Made by a program: the position numbers and the translations under genes | From: a bacterium | Lineage (GTDB): Bacteria; Hinthialibacterota; Hinthialibacteria; Hinthialibacterales; Hinthialibacteraceae | Assembly (NCBI GenBank): GCA_963663405.2 | Contig: CAXXSM010000052.1 | Location: forward strand, 1-35,348 | Reading direction: 5' to 3' | Length of the DNA stretch: 35,348 nt | In this document: in pieces, positions 19,645-28,025 of the stretch | Numbering within the stretch: the stretch's first letter is position 1 | Layout: each line of letters begins with the position of its first letter | Notes under the pieces: model-generated | What the model was told of the DNA's origin: nothing | The model's input: the letters and a program-made list of their open reading frames with translations, nothing else | Databases searched by the model: none

Positions 19645-22284
19645 TCAGGTATGCAAACGGAAATGGATTATTGTTCCGGGAGCTAAGTTTACCTCATTAT
19701 CGAGAGTTACGATCACTTTATTGTTTTCGATGGATGCTTTCGCAGGCTGGTTGGCGCCATTTACCGCTACATCGGTCTCGATGGCGTTCTTTTCTTGAGC
19801 GGCTTTCGGAGCGGGCAACGAGAAGATGTTCAAAGTGGTATCGCTTCCATACAGCATTTTGATTTCGGCTTCCAACGACCGGGATTTCAATGTTTGTTCG
19901 TACGTTCCCCAACCAGGGCCAGCCGCCCAGAGACAGGTGAATTGTTTCTCATTGATTTTCGGATGAAAAGCAATCGTTTTCCGGGGGGCGGAGAAATGGA
20001 ATCCGGACAGGGCCAGTAGAACTGACCAGCTCGCCATCGCGCGGGCGTAATGATGACCGCATTCCACCTCGTCCCAAGGATTGCGCCGTTCACCGTCATA
20101 ACGGTTACGGACAGCTCGGACGATATTAAGGCCTTCATTGATATAACCTTCATACATCAAATGACCGGCGACTTGATACTCGATCCCCGTCCAGACTTCA
20201 TCAGAATAGACAAACGGTAGTTTCGGCCGGTCTCCTCTAGGCCACGAACAGAGAAGCAAGCCCGCTTCATCTCCAAGCGCATAGATGCGTTGTGGATTGT
20301 AATGATCCAAAAGGGTTTCTTTGAAATTATATTTATAGACAGAAAGAATCGCGCTTTTGACATGCTCTTCAGGAAGCGCATAGCCTAGATCAACAACGTG
20401 GGCCATCCATTCCCCTAAAAGCTGGTCGGACAGGCAACCAACGCCCAGCTGATATTTGGTGTCCTGCGCTTTATCGTAAACCTGTACGTAATACTCTCCG
20501 TTCCAGGTTTGCTCGTCCAATTTCACCCGTCCACTTTCGTAGATGCGTTTGTATTCCTTGGCGGAATCATCCTCACCAAGAGCGCGCGCCATTTCTTCCC
20601 CCGCTTTCAGCGCCGTCAGGTAGATCGCGCCCATCATCGGATTCGGGCCCCAGAATTCAATGTCGTAGGTGTTATGCTGCTCACCGGTCATGACGCCGTC
20701 CTTATCCGGATCCCAATCTTTCCAGGCGAATTCCAGCGCGCGTTTCGCGCCGGGCCAGACGCTTTTCAGGAATTCCATATCCCCGGATAGCTGCCATTCA
20801 CGGTAGAGTTTAATAATGGTTCCCATCTGCCCATCCGCGGCGGCTTTAAATTGCCAGCGAGCGAGTCCGAGGGGGATTAACGAGCGGAACGCCATGTGAC
20901 CTTCCTCGTTGGTGTTGAAATTGAAATCCGTGTCGCGCATGGTGCGTTCCAAGCGGGGAAAGAGATGCGCGAGCGCTTGTTCGTAATTCCATACGTGCGT
21001 GCAGTTCATCGGACAGCAGCCTTGTGTATCCGACGTGCCCTCGAAACCCCAGAATTTACCTTCTTTATCGCGGAAACAGGTGTTCGTGCGGATAATGGAA
21101 GCTTGGCTGGAAACCGCATCCAATACCTCCGGCGGCAGGGTGCTGGAGAAGAGCGCTTGGTGGAAGAGCCGGGTTTCTCGCTCCAAGCGTTCCAAATTCT
21201 TCATTGTGTACGCGGCGGCGTCCCAAGCGTCCTTGAATTGTTCTGTATAGAAATTACCGACGATTTTCCCATTGACCGCTTCTTCCCGGTTCCAGTGATT
21301 GTCCCGGTTGGGGAAATACCAAGAGATCAAGAAGGGAACTGTCGCGCTGTCTCCCGGTTTAAGCTTGAGCATGGCGCCCACGGAACCGACATCGGTCTTT
21401 CCATCCGGACTGGGGGACGCTTCGGTCACACTGTCGAGACGTCCATCATCGGAAAAATCATTCCAGAAAAGACTTTGCGCGTCGAACCAGCCTCCCCGGT
21501 CCCAATGGGTGGTGTAGGTGACTTGATCGAAAGGAGTCACCAAGGCCATGTTGCCATAGTTGATGGAATCTTCTTTGTGCTTGCTTGTCGTCATTTTCAA
21601 GCCGCGCAACGAGCCGTCATCCACATATTCGTTGAGATTCTGTCCGAAATCATCAACGCCGGCGATATTTTGAAGCGACGCCATGATGGTAAGATCGACA
21701 GGCTTACTGCTCTTATTGGAAACTTGCCAATAAAAGATGGCCACCGGCAGGCCGGAATCCTTTTCATTGTTGGGAATGAAAGGATTGAAACATTCCAGGG
21801 ATACATCGAGGGGAACCCGTGAATCTTCCAGTTCCAACCGCGCGAAGGGATACGATCCAAGGAACCGGGCTTTCTGAAATCGGGGCATTCCCGGTAATTG
21901 CGATCGGCTCAATCCGAATCCACCCCTAAAAGGAGGCGCCATTTGGGATTCCAAAATACAGGCGCGTGGATCGCGGCCCTCTTCCTGATACCAGAGAGCG
22001 AAGAAGGAACTGTCGAGTGTGCGCCCTTTGTGAGGTCGGTTGCAGATCTCCCAATCCCGCAGAGCGCCCCGGCCGCCGACAGACACGGTTCCCGTCCCGA
22101 TCCCGCCAAGAGGGAACGCGATCTCAGACAGAAACGGTTCTTCGAAGACGCGCCAGACTTGTTCGTCCGTCTGTTTTTTTTGCCTCCGCACCGCTGACAT
22201 CTGCGCCTGCGCCCCAGCGCCGAACATCCCCATAAAAGAAGCCGCGCTGAGAACCTTTAACACTTCCCGCCGTTGTAAATCCAT
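19645..22284 (-). CDS. Glycoside hydrolase family 116 (GBA2-like) with Tat signal
   Basis: AAGGAGG RBS, MDLQRREVLK Tat leader; FPLGGIGTG, GFEG...GCCPMNCTHVWNY, AADGQMG, QHNTYD, YSDEVWTGIEY, ECGHHYARAMASW. Confidence 0.92.
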   Translation of the reverse strand: MDLQRREVLKVLSAASFMGMFGAGAQAQMSAVRRQKKQTDEQVWRVFEEPFLSEIAFPLGGIGTGTVSVGGRGALRDWEICNRPHKGRTLDSSFFALWYQEEGRDPRACILESQMAPPFRGGFGLSRSQLPGMPRFQKARFLGSYPFARLELEDSRVPLDVSLECFNPFIPNNEKDSGLPVAIFYWQVSNKSSKPVDLTIMASLQNIAGVDDFGQNLNEYVDDGSLRGLKMTTSKHKEDSINYGNMALVTPFDQVTYTTHWDRGGWFDAQSLFWNDFSDDGRLDSVTEASPSPDGKTDVGSVGAMLKLKPGDSATVPFLISWYFPNRDNHWNREEAVNGKIVGNFYTEQFKDAWDAAAYTMKNLERLERETRLFHQALFSSTLPPEVLDAVSSQASIIRTNTCFRDKEGKFWGFEGTSDTQGCCPMNCTHVWNYEQALAHLFPRLERTMRDTDFNFNTNEEGHMAFRSLIPLGLARWQFKAAADGQMGTIIKLYREWQLSGDMEFLKSVWPGAKRALEFAWKDWDPDKDGVMTGEQHNTYDIEFWGPNPMMGAIYLTALKAGEEMARALGEDDSAKEYKRIYESGRVKLDEQTWNGEYYVQVYDKAQDTKYQLGVGCLSDQLLGEWMAHVVDLGYALPEEHVKSAILSVYKYNFKETLLDHYNPQRIYALGDEAGLLLCSWPRGDRPKLPFVYSDEVWTGIEYQVAGHLMYEGYINEGLNIVRAVRNRYDGERRNPWDEVECGHHYARAMASWSVLLALSGFHFSAPRKTIAFHPKINEKQFTCLWAAGPGWGTYEQTLKSRSLEAEIKMLYGSDTTLNIFSLPAPKAAQEKNAIETDVAVNGANQPAKASIENNKVIVTLDNEVNLAPGTIIHFRLHT

Positions 22285-22339
22285 TGTGTTTTCCTCCTTG
22301 TGGTTATATGTGAATTTCTTTTTTGCGTTAGATAAGGCG

Positions 22340-22855
22340 CTATACAGTTTTCTCCGGAATTCGTTCAATCGAAAACTCATTAAACAATCTTTTCCATAAA
22401 GTCAGATTAAGAATAAAACAATTATTGATATATTTTCTTTTCCATGGGGAGTCCATTTCTTTCTGGATATTATCAAATAAATGTTCCTTCATAGGAATTA
22501 AGTCATTATCATAAATGCTGCCTGGTTCCAATACGATGAGAACAATAAAAATAATTGACTTATCATCCTTTTCCATAAGGTGAAGGTAGGTATAACTATC
22601 CCGGCATTTCGGAACGAGTTTTGAGATCAATTCTCTAGTTTTTAGCTTTTTAAGAAAGTCTTTCGACGATTCTCGAGTTGCTTGCGTATGGAAGGGATCT
22701 TTTACTTCAATCATGTATCTTTTATCATCAAGTTCAACGATGAAATCGACGAAACTCATTCCTTGTGGAATAACCGTACCTTCCTCATCCAGTTTCAGCA
22801 CATCTACATCTTGCGGAAATCCAAATTTTAATTCACCCTCATGAAAGAATTTCAT
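22340..22855 (-). CDS. Hypothetical protein with PD-(D/E)xK nuclease-like motif
   Basis: 'VDFIVELDDKRYMIEVKD' and 'KCRDS'; starts 9 bp after the ATPase stop, with an AAGGA RBS; AT-rich. Confidence 0.7.
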   Translation of the reverse strand: MKFFHEGELKFGFPQDVDVLKLDEEGTVIPQGMSFVDFIVELDDKRYMIEVKDPFHTQATRESSKDFLKKLKTRELISKLVPKCRDSYTYLHLMEKDDKSIIFIVLIVLEPGSIYDNDLIPMKEHLFDNIQKEMDSPWKRKYINNCFILNLTLWKRLFNEFSIERIPEKTV

Positions 22856-22864
22856 TTTTTTTCC

Positions 22865-23878
22865 TTATTGTAAAACTGATTCTATTTCATGACCGTATAA
22901 ATCAACATAAGCTTCTATGACCGGATTAGGTGCAAGATTGGTATAATCTGTAGTGTCATTGCAATGAATATCCTGCGTTTTTTCATCTCTATACAATGAG
23001 AAATATTTCAATTGATCGTTCTTCTCTTTCAAAAGGTGAAATGTTTTGAGCAGGACATAGTTGTGAGTCGCAAGGAAAATTTGAACGCCGTTTCGTTGAA
23101 GCTCTAGAATTATTGTTACGACGGTTTCCATGAGTTTTGGATTCAAGTTCGCTTCAGGTTCGTCCCAGAAAAGAACAGAATTTTCCCCCAAACTGCCATT
23201 CTGGATGAGAAGCCAGAGCAACGCCAGTTTTCTCATTCCCTCCGCGAGGAGAGTGAATTCAAGTTCTCCCTCTTTGTTTTTTAAAAAGAAGCATTCATTT
23301 TTTTTAATCACTTTTCCGTTGATCGTTTTTTGGATCATTTGAAGCAGTTTCTTTCTTGTTGGATCGATTTTACTCCTGATTTCAGGCAAATAAGCTCGCG
23401 TGATAATATCCGGGTATATTTTTTCAATCTCTAATTTACGGGTTTCAAATCTACAGAGGATTTCTGGGGCATTGGAAAGAATTTCATTTGTAGGTATATA
23501 GACTGGAAATGGGATGTTTTTATGCCATCCTTTCGATGTTCCACTTCCTTCATGATTATTCAAATGGGATGGAATTGAAATGGATATGTATTTCGCCGGT
23601 CGATAGATCTTGATTTCCGCGTTGGTGTCCTTTTCCCGTCTCCGTACGAGCCTTCCAAGCCTTCCATCTCGAGGCAGAAAAACATGTATCAAGTTTTCAA
23701 AATAGGATTCGTCTTCTTTCGCTCCTACTAAGGATGTGTAAAGCACTTTTAAAATATGTGTTTTCCCCGTCCCATTCGCGCCGATAAAGAGATTGACTCC
23801 CGGACTGAATTGAAGATCCAGTTTTTTGAAAGCCGTGAAATTTTCCAGCGTGAGTCTCTCGATGGTTTCTTGAGTCAT
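22865..23878 (-). CDS. ABC-type (AAA_15/AAA_21-like) ATPase without transmembrane partner
   Basis: LENFTAF N-terminus, Walker A GANGTGKT, signature LAEGMRK, Walker B LFWDEPE, D-loop ANLNP, H-loop ATH. Start could lie slightly further upstream (up to 23932). Confidence 0.88.
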   Translation of the reverse strand: MTQETIERLTLENFTAFKKLDLQFSPGVNLFIGANGTGKTHILKVLYTSLVGAKEDESYFENLIHVFLPRDGRLGRLVRRREKDTNAEIKIYRPAKYISISIPSHLNNHEGSGTSKGWHKNIPFPVYIPTNEILSNAPEILCRFETRKLEIEKIYPDIITRAYLPEIRSKIDPTRKKLLQMIQKTINGKVIKKNECFFLKNKEGELEFTLLAEGMRKLALLWLLIQNGSLGENSVLFWDEPEANLNPKLMETVVTIILELQRNGVQIFLATHNYVLLKTFHLLKEKNDQLKYFSLYRDEKTQDIHCNDTTDYTNLAPNPVIEAYVDLYGHEIESVLQ

Positions 23879-24138
23879 TGGTTTTCTCTGATTCCTTAAA
23901 TCCATATATGTTCCCTGATTGATCTTTACCACACTCCAAGTGGAAGGACAAGACGCGCGGGAAACACCAGGTTGTTTCTTATCACTTCGAACGGGGAAAA
24001 TTTTGGTCCTACTATTATTTTACTAGGAAATTTCTGCCTGTTTTATTGTTCTTAATCCTTGAACCACATTCTGTTTATAACTTCCTAACTTGCTCAAATT
24101 ATTATATTTATGGATTTTTGACCTTGTTTATATCCGCA

Positions 24139-24154
24139 TGGCACGTTGGTTGCA
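24139..24154 (+). promoter_or_regulatory. Sigma54 (RpoN) -24/-12 promoter
   Basis: TGGCACGTTGGTTGCA matches the consensus TGGCACG-N4-TTGC(A/T); 37 bp upstream of ATG 24192; AT-rich upstream tract. Confidence 0.8.
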
Positions 24155-24191
24155 GTTTTTCGGGGCAGCGCTATTTGCTTGAGGGATTCTG

Positions 24192-24449
24192 ATGGCTTTG
24201 GATACCGCTGTCAATCATCTATCGAATACTACATCACTTTTCCGGCCGGTTCCCGCAAGCCGGTTGCAGAGCAATCTTGCCCAGTATTACGAGCGCACGT
24301 CCGAGTTTGTCAACGAACAGTTTGAGAAATTCATGGATGAAACCCCTTCTGAAAAAAAACAATCCCGCGTGAATACATCCAATGATGACGGAGAGCAGAT
24401 CAAACTCCAACCAAAGGGAATCGGCGCGCACGTCGATCTCTATATTTGA
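24192..24449 (+). CDS. Small hypothetical protein with YjfB-like C-terminus
   Basis: GAGGG RBS, sigma54 promoter, C-terminal 'KGIGAHVDLYI'. Confidence 0.7.
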   Translation: MALDTAVNHLSNTTSLFRPVPASRLQSNLAQYYERTSEFVNEQFEKFMDETPSEKKQSRVNTSNDDGEQIKLQPKGIGAHVDLYI

Positions 24450-24456
24450 TGTTTGG

Positions 24457-25449
24457 TTATAACGGCAGAAGGCGGAGATCGAGTCCGAGTTCGCAGGTGA
24501 TGCGGCGCCGGACATTCCAGAGCATCCGGTCCATAACATCCAGCATTTTGTGAACGTTGACGATCTCTTCTTTGGGGAGTTTCTCGTATTCCAACATGGA
24601 AAGAATATAGGTCAACAAGGTATCTCCCTTCACACAAAAGCTAAACAGGCTTTTCGGGAGTTCGGCAATCCGGCAGTCGCAACGATCCAGCCAGCGGATA
24701 AAAATAAGATTCATGCAATGAATCTCTAGACAATGCTCTCGCAGTGATTGGATTGTGGCGGGTAATGGCGCTTCCTGTGGCAGTGGATTGCGTTTATGTT
24801 TGGTGTTCCCGTTCCGCCACTGTTCCAGGGAGATCACATTATCCGGCGGCCCCGGTTCTTTGATATACATTTTCATCAAGTCGATGACATCTTGGAACGA
24901 GGCGATCTCTTCCTCTTCGGGAATCTCGACAAAAGAGCGGAAGATATCGTCATCAAAGATCCAATCTTTTTCAATGGTTTCGAGATCCGGCTCCTCATAC
25001 TCGTCTTCCTCATATCTCGTTTCCAAAGAAGGATTGGAACAGAATTCTGAAAAATGTTTCTTGAAATAATTCCGTTCGTTGCAAACGGCTCTAAGGGCTT
25101 TGGCTTGTTTGGAATCCATCCGCTTCTGTTTTTCTAAATACGAGAAAAAGCGTTTCAAAGAAACCATGAGATTGGAATGATTGTGAACACTGGGAAAGGG
25201 GATTTTTTGAAAGTACCAAAGACTGAGAAAATCGTAAACCTTTTCCGGCGTGATGGATTCGATCCCTTCCAAATATTGAAAGGCCATGTATTGGACGATA
25301 AAGAGTTCGGCGTTCGCAGTGTGCTTCTCGGCGGTGGACTGTTTCAATCCGCTTTCGATGATATCGAAGTAGAAGTCGTCCAGCAGATTTTCCAGCCTTT
25401 CGACCAAATCAAATTCTATTTGTTCGAGGATAGAAGACACAATACTCAA
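24457..25449 (-). CDS. Hypothetical protein with N-terminal integrase SAM-like (core-binding-like) domain and no catalytic domain
   Basis: 'GLKQSTAEKH...ESITPEKVYDFL...SLKRFFSYL', then an acidic linker and a helical C-terminus; TTG start after GCAGG. Confidence 0.6.
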   Translation of the reverse strand: MSIVSSILEQIEFDLVERLENLLDDFYFDIIESGLKQSTAEKHTANAELFIVQYMAFQYLEGIESITPEKVYDFLSLWYFQKIPFPSVHNHSNLMVSLKRFFSYLEKQKRMDSKQAKALRAVCNERNYFKKHFSEFCSNPSLETRYEEDEYEEPDLETIEKDWIFDDDIFRSFVEIPEEEEIASFQDVIDLMKMYIKEPGPPDNVISLEQWRNGNTKHKRNPLPQEAPLPATIQSLREHCLEIHCMNLIFIRWLDRCDCRIAELPKSLFSFCVKGDTLLTYILSMLEYEKLPKEEIVNVHKMLDVMDRMLWNVRRRITCELGLDLRLLPL

Positions 25450-25633
25450 CCTGCGCGTCCGATTCGTTTCTCTTCTTCCAGCAATCCAAGAATTCCGTTT
25501 CTGCCTTTACTGTAGATTCATTTTTAAAAAGACGAAACGGCTAAATGAAAGAAAAAGAAGGATATCGTAAGGAAAAATAGGATGGATTAGGGTGTTAAGC
25601 GTATAAAAAGAGTGTTATTTACCTAGCGCCGGC

Positions 25634-26578
25634 TTACTCCATACTTCGCTGATATTCGTCATAGAGCTGGGCGATACCCGCAGTTTTTGTATCTCCTTCG
25701 TGAACGACGACTCGGTATCGCAAGGTTCCTCCCTCTCCCGCATCTAAATCAAGACGATCCCCTTCAAGCCAGTACATCGGTGTGGGGGAGAAAAATCCAT
25801 AATCACGCGTAAACCAAGGAGGCGGTGTCCAGGGATTGCCAGGATGGTTGAAAATCGCGAGACCTTCTGTCACGCCATCGCGGCTTCCCCAATAATCACA
25901 CCACGGAGAATGGACGCCCCATGTGCCTTTTTCACTCGTGTCTCCCTGCGCATTGACGAGTGTTCCCCCTTCATTTACGGAGAGTTCAGGAACCATCCGG
26001 GCGGAAAAGAGGGAGTGATTCGTTTTGAGAATCGTTACATCGATCAACGCAGTGGCGGTCAATTCAAAATCAATGACACGCAGCGTGGATGAGGGAGCGG
26101 AAACACGAATGCGGCGAGTATCCCGGAACGGAGATTCAGCGCCGGGCCGTTTCCAGATACAGATTTGAGTGAATTCAACACAGGCGCCTTCCGCCTTTTC
26201 TATTGTTACTTTCTCGGAAATAATCTGCCCCCGTTCCAGCGTATCCTGCCAATAATTGCCTTCATTGACCTTGTCGCAGCCGAAAAAGAGCGAATGGTGA
26301 TGGGGATACGGCTCCGACGTTTCCGTCGTGACGCTTTCGCCCGACCGGGGACCGTTGACCGGATAGAAATAAGGGTATTTCAGATCATCGGAGAATTTGT
26401 AATCTGTAAAAAGTTTTCCATCAACTTTGATCCGCACGCGGTCTTTTCTTAATTCCGCTTGTACGTTCATACCCTCGTCTTCTTTTTCACTGGCGTATGC
26501 TGGAGGGAAAAAACTGGATACGATCAATCCGGTTAAGATAAAAACTACAAGAATACAGAGTATTTGTCTTTTGAACAT
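25634..26578 (-). CDS. Exported DUF6807 (PF14100 'PmoA'-named) family protein; not a methane monooxygenase
   Basis: Signal peptide; 'KYPYFYPVNGP', 'YPHHHSLFFG', 'WCDYWG', 'IFNHPGNP...PWFTRDYG', 'LRYRVVVH'; next to a Gfo/Idh/MocA gene as is usual for this family. Confidence 0.8.
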   Translation of the reverse strand: MFKRQILCILVVFILTGLIVSSFFPPAYASEKEDEGMNVQAELRKDRVRIKVDGKLFTDYKFSDDLKYPYFYPVNGPRSGESVTTETSEPYPHHHSLFFGCDKVNEGNYWQDTLERGQIISEKVTIEKAEGACVEFTQICIWKRPGAESPFRDTRRIRVSAPSSTLRVIDFELTATALIDVTILKTNHSLFSARMVPELSVNEGGTLVNAQGDTSEKGTWGVHSPWCDYWGSRDGVTEGLAIFNHPGNPWTPPPWFTRDYGFFSPTPMYWLEGDRLDLDAGEGGTLRYRVVVHEGDTKTAGIAQLYDEYQRSME

Positions 26579-26623
26579 GATATATTTTCCTTATTGTTGT
26601 AATGCTGTCTCATTCCTGCCAAT

Positions 26624-27844
26624 TCAAGAAAAATCGAATTCCCGTTTGGCGGGATCAAACACCACCCGTCTGCCTGTGCGGATGGCTTCGGCGACCATGA
26701 TGCCCGATACCGCATGAGAGAAACCCGCGTCGACATTTGACCGGGGCTGCTCGCGGGTGCGGACGCATTCCAGGAAATTGTGCATGTGCCCTGTGGAGGG
26801 AACCGGTTTAACATCGGATTCACCTTTAATCTGATCCGGCCCGGCCCCGCCGTCGCCGGAGAGTTTCCGCTTTAGCGCTTCCAATTTCCCGTTCGTTCCA
26901 TAAAAGACGCAGTGTGTATCCGCCGAATTGCAGAGGCTCATAGAGAAATTAAGCTGCCAGCCTTTGGGATAATCCAGAATGGCGCTAAGCGTGTCGGAGG
27001 TTTGCCGTCCATCATCACCCCAGAGATAGACCTGCCCGCTTGCGACGCCATACGCGGGGAACGGATCTTCCATACACCAAGAGACAAAATTTAAGTAATG
27101 AGACATCCATAATCCCGGCAGGCCGTTGCTGTAATCCCGATAGAGATACCACCGCCGCAGCCGCTTGGCGTCGAAGGGGCGTTTCGGCGCGTCCATGATG
27201 AACCGCGGCCAATCGACATCTTCCTTTTTTACGGACGAGTAATCTTTACGCCAGCGGGGTTGTATGAAATTCTGTGAAATGGCGGCGCGGGTGATTTTTC
27301 CGAGCACACCGGATTGAATCGTCTCTGCGCAGCCGATGTAGTTGGGATCGCTGCGCCATTGGGTTCCAGCCTGCACGACGCGGCCGTTCTTCTTCGCCGC
27401 GTCGACCGATTCACACGCGCCTTTAAGATCGATGGCCATCGGTTTTTCGACATAGATATCCTTCCCCGCTTCAGCGGCTTCCTTCATGATGCGGGAGTGG
27501 GTGTGATCGGGTGTGGCGATCGTGATCGCGTCCACGTCGTCACAGGAGAGGATTTCTTTATAATCGACGACAGCAATCGGGGCTTTGCCCTGTTGTTTTT
27601 GAATCGCCTCGACAGCCTGATTCCGGTGGACGCTCCAGACGTCGCAGATATGCGAGATTTCCACGTTCAGCCCTTGTTTCCGGCAGCCCATAATCATGGA
27701 GATATGGGAACCTCCTCGTACGCCGCAGCCGATGATCCCTACACGGATACGGTCATTCGCTCCCATGGATTGCAGAGCGTTCATCCCTGTCACTGTCAAC
27801 ACGCCGGCGGCCGCTGTGGTTTTACTGAATTCTCTTCGTTTCAC
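26624..27844 (-). CDS. Gfo/Idh/MocA family oxidoreductase with Tat signal
   Basis: GGAGGAG RBS and GTG start, MKRREFSK leader; GANDRIRVGIIGCGVRG, IATPDHTH, YVEKPM, QAGTQWRS. Confidence 0.92.
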   Translation of the reverse strand: MKRREFSKTTAAAGVLTVTGMNALQSMGANDRIRVGIIGCGVRGGSHISMIMGCRKQGLNVEISHICDVWSVHRNQAVEAIQKQQGKAPIAVVDYKEILSCDDVDAITIATPDHTHSRIMKEAAEAGKDIYVEKPMAIDLKGACESVDAAKKNGRVVQAGTQWRSDPNYIGCAETIQSGVLGKITRAAISQNFIQPRWRKDYSSVKKEDVDWPRFIMDAPKRPFDAKRLRRWYLYRDYSNGLPGLWMSHYLNFVSWCMEDPFPAYGVASGQVYLWGDDGRQTSDTLSAILDYPKGWQLNFSMSLCNSADTHCVFYGTNGKLEALKRKLSGDGGAGPDQIKGESDVKPVPSTGHMHNFLECVRTREQPRSNVDAGFSHAVSGIMVAEAIRTGRRVVFDPAKREFDFS

Positions 27845-28025
27845 GATTCTTCTCCTCCATGATGGTATCCCAATTGGATTCAACCGGCGCGTCTTCATTC
27901 GCAATCAACATTTCCAATCCCACTCGATTCCACGCCGTTTTTTACCCAACTATTATAAGGTCACTTTACGGTAAAAAGAAAGTATGGGGAGAGAATGCCG
28001 CTCTTGGATTGCAGAACACGCGCTT

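Noticed and set aside
20896-21822. 308-aa plus-strand ORF (and similar ORFs such as 33029..33799 and 27314..27862)
   Set aside because: Antisense shadows of well-supported genes with no recognisable motifs.
25634-26578. 'PmoA' family name suggesting methane oxidation
   Set aside because: This is a soluble exported DUF6807-type protein beside a sugar oxidoreductase, with no pmoCAB or multi-TM PmoA features.
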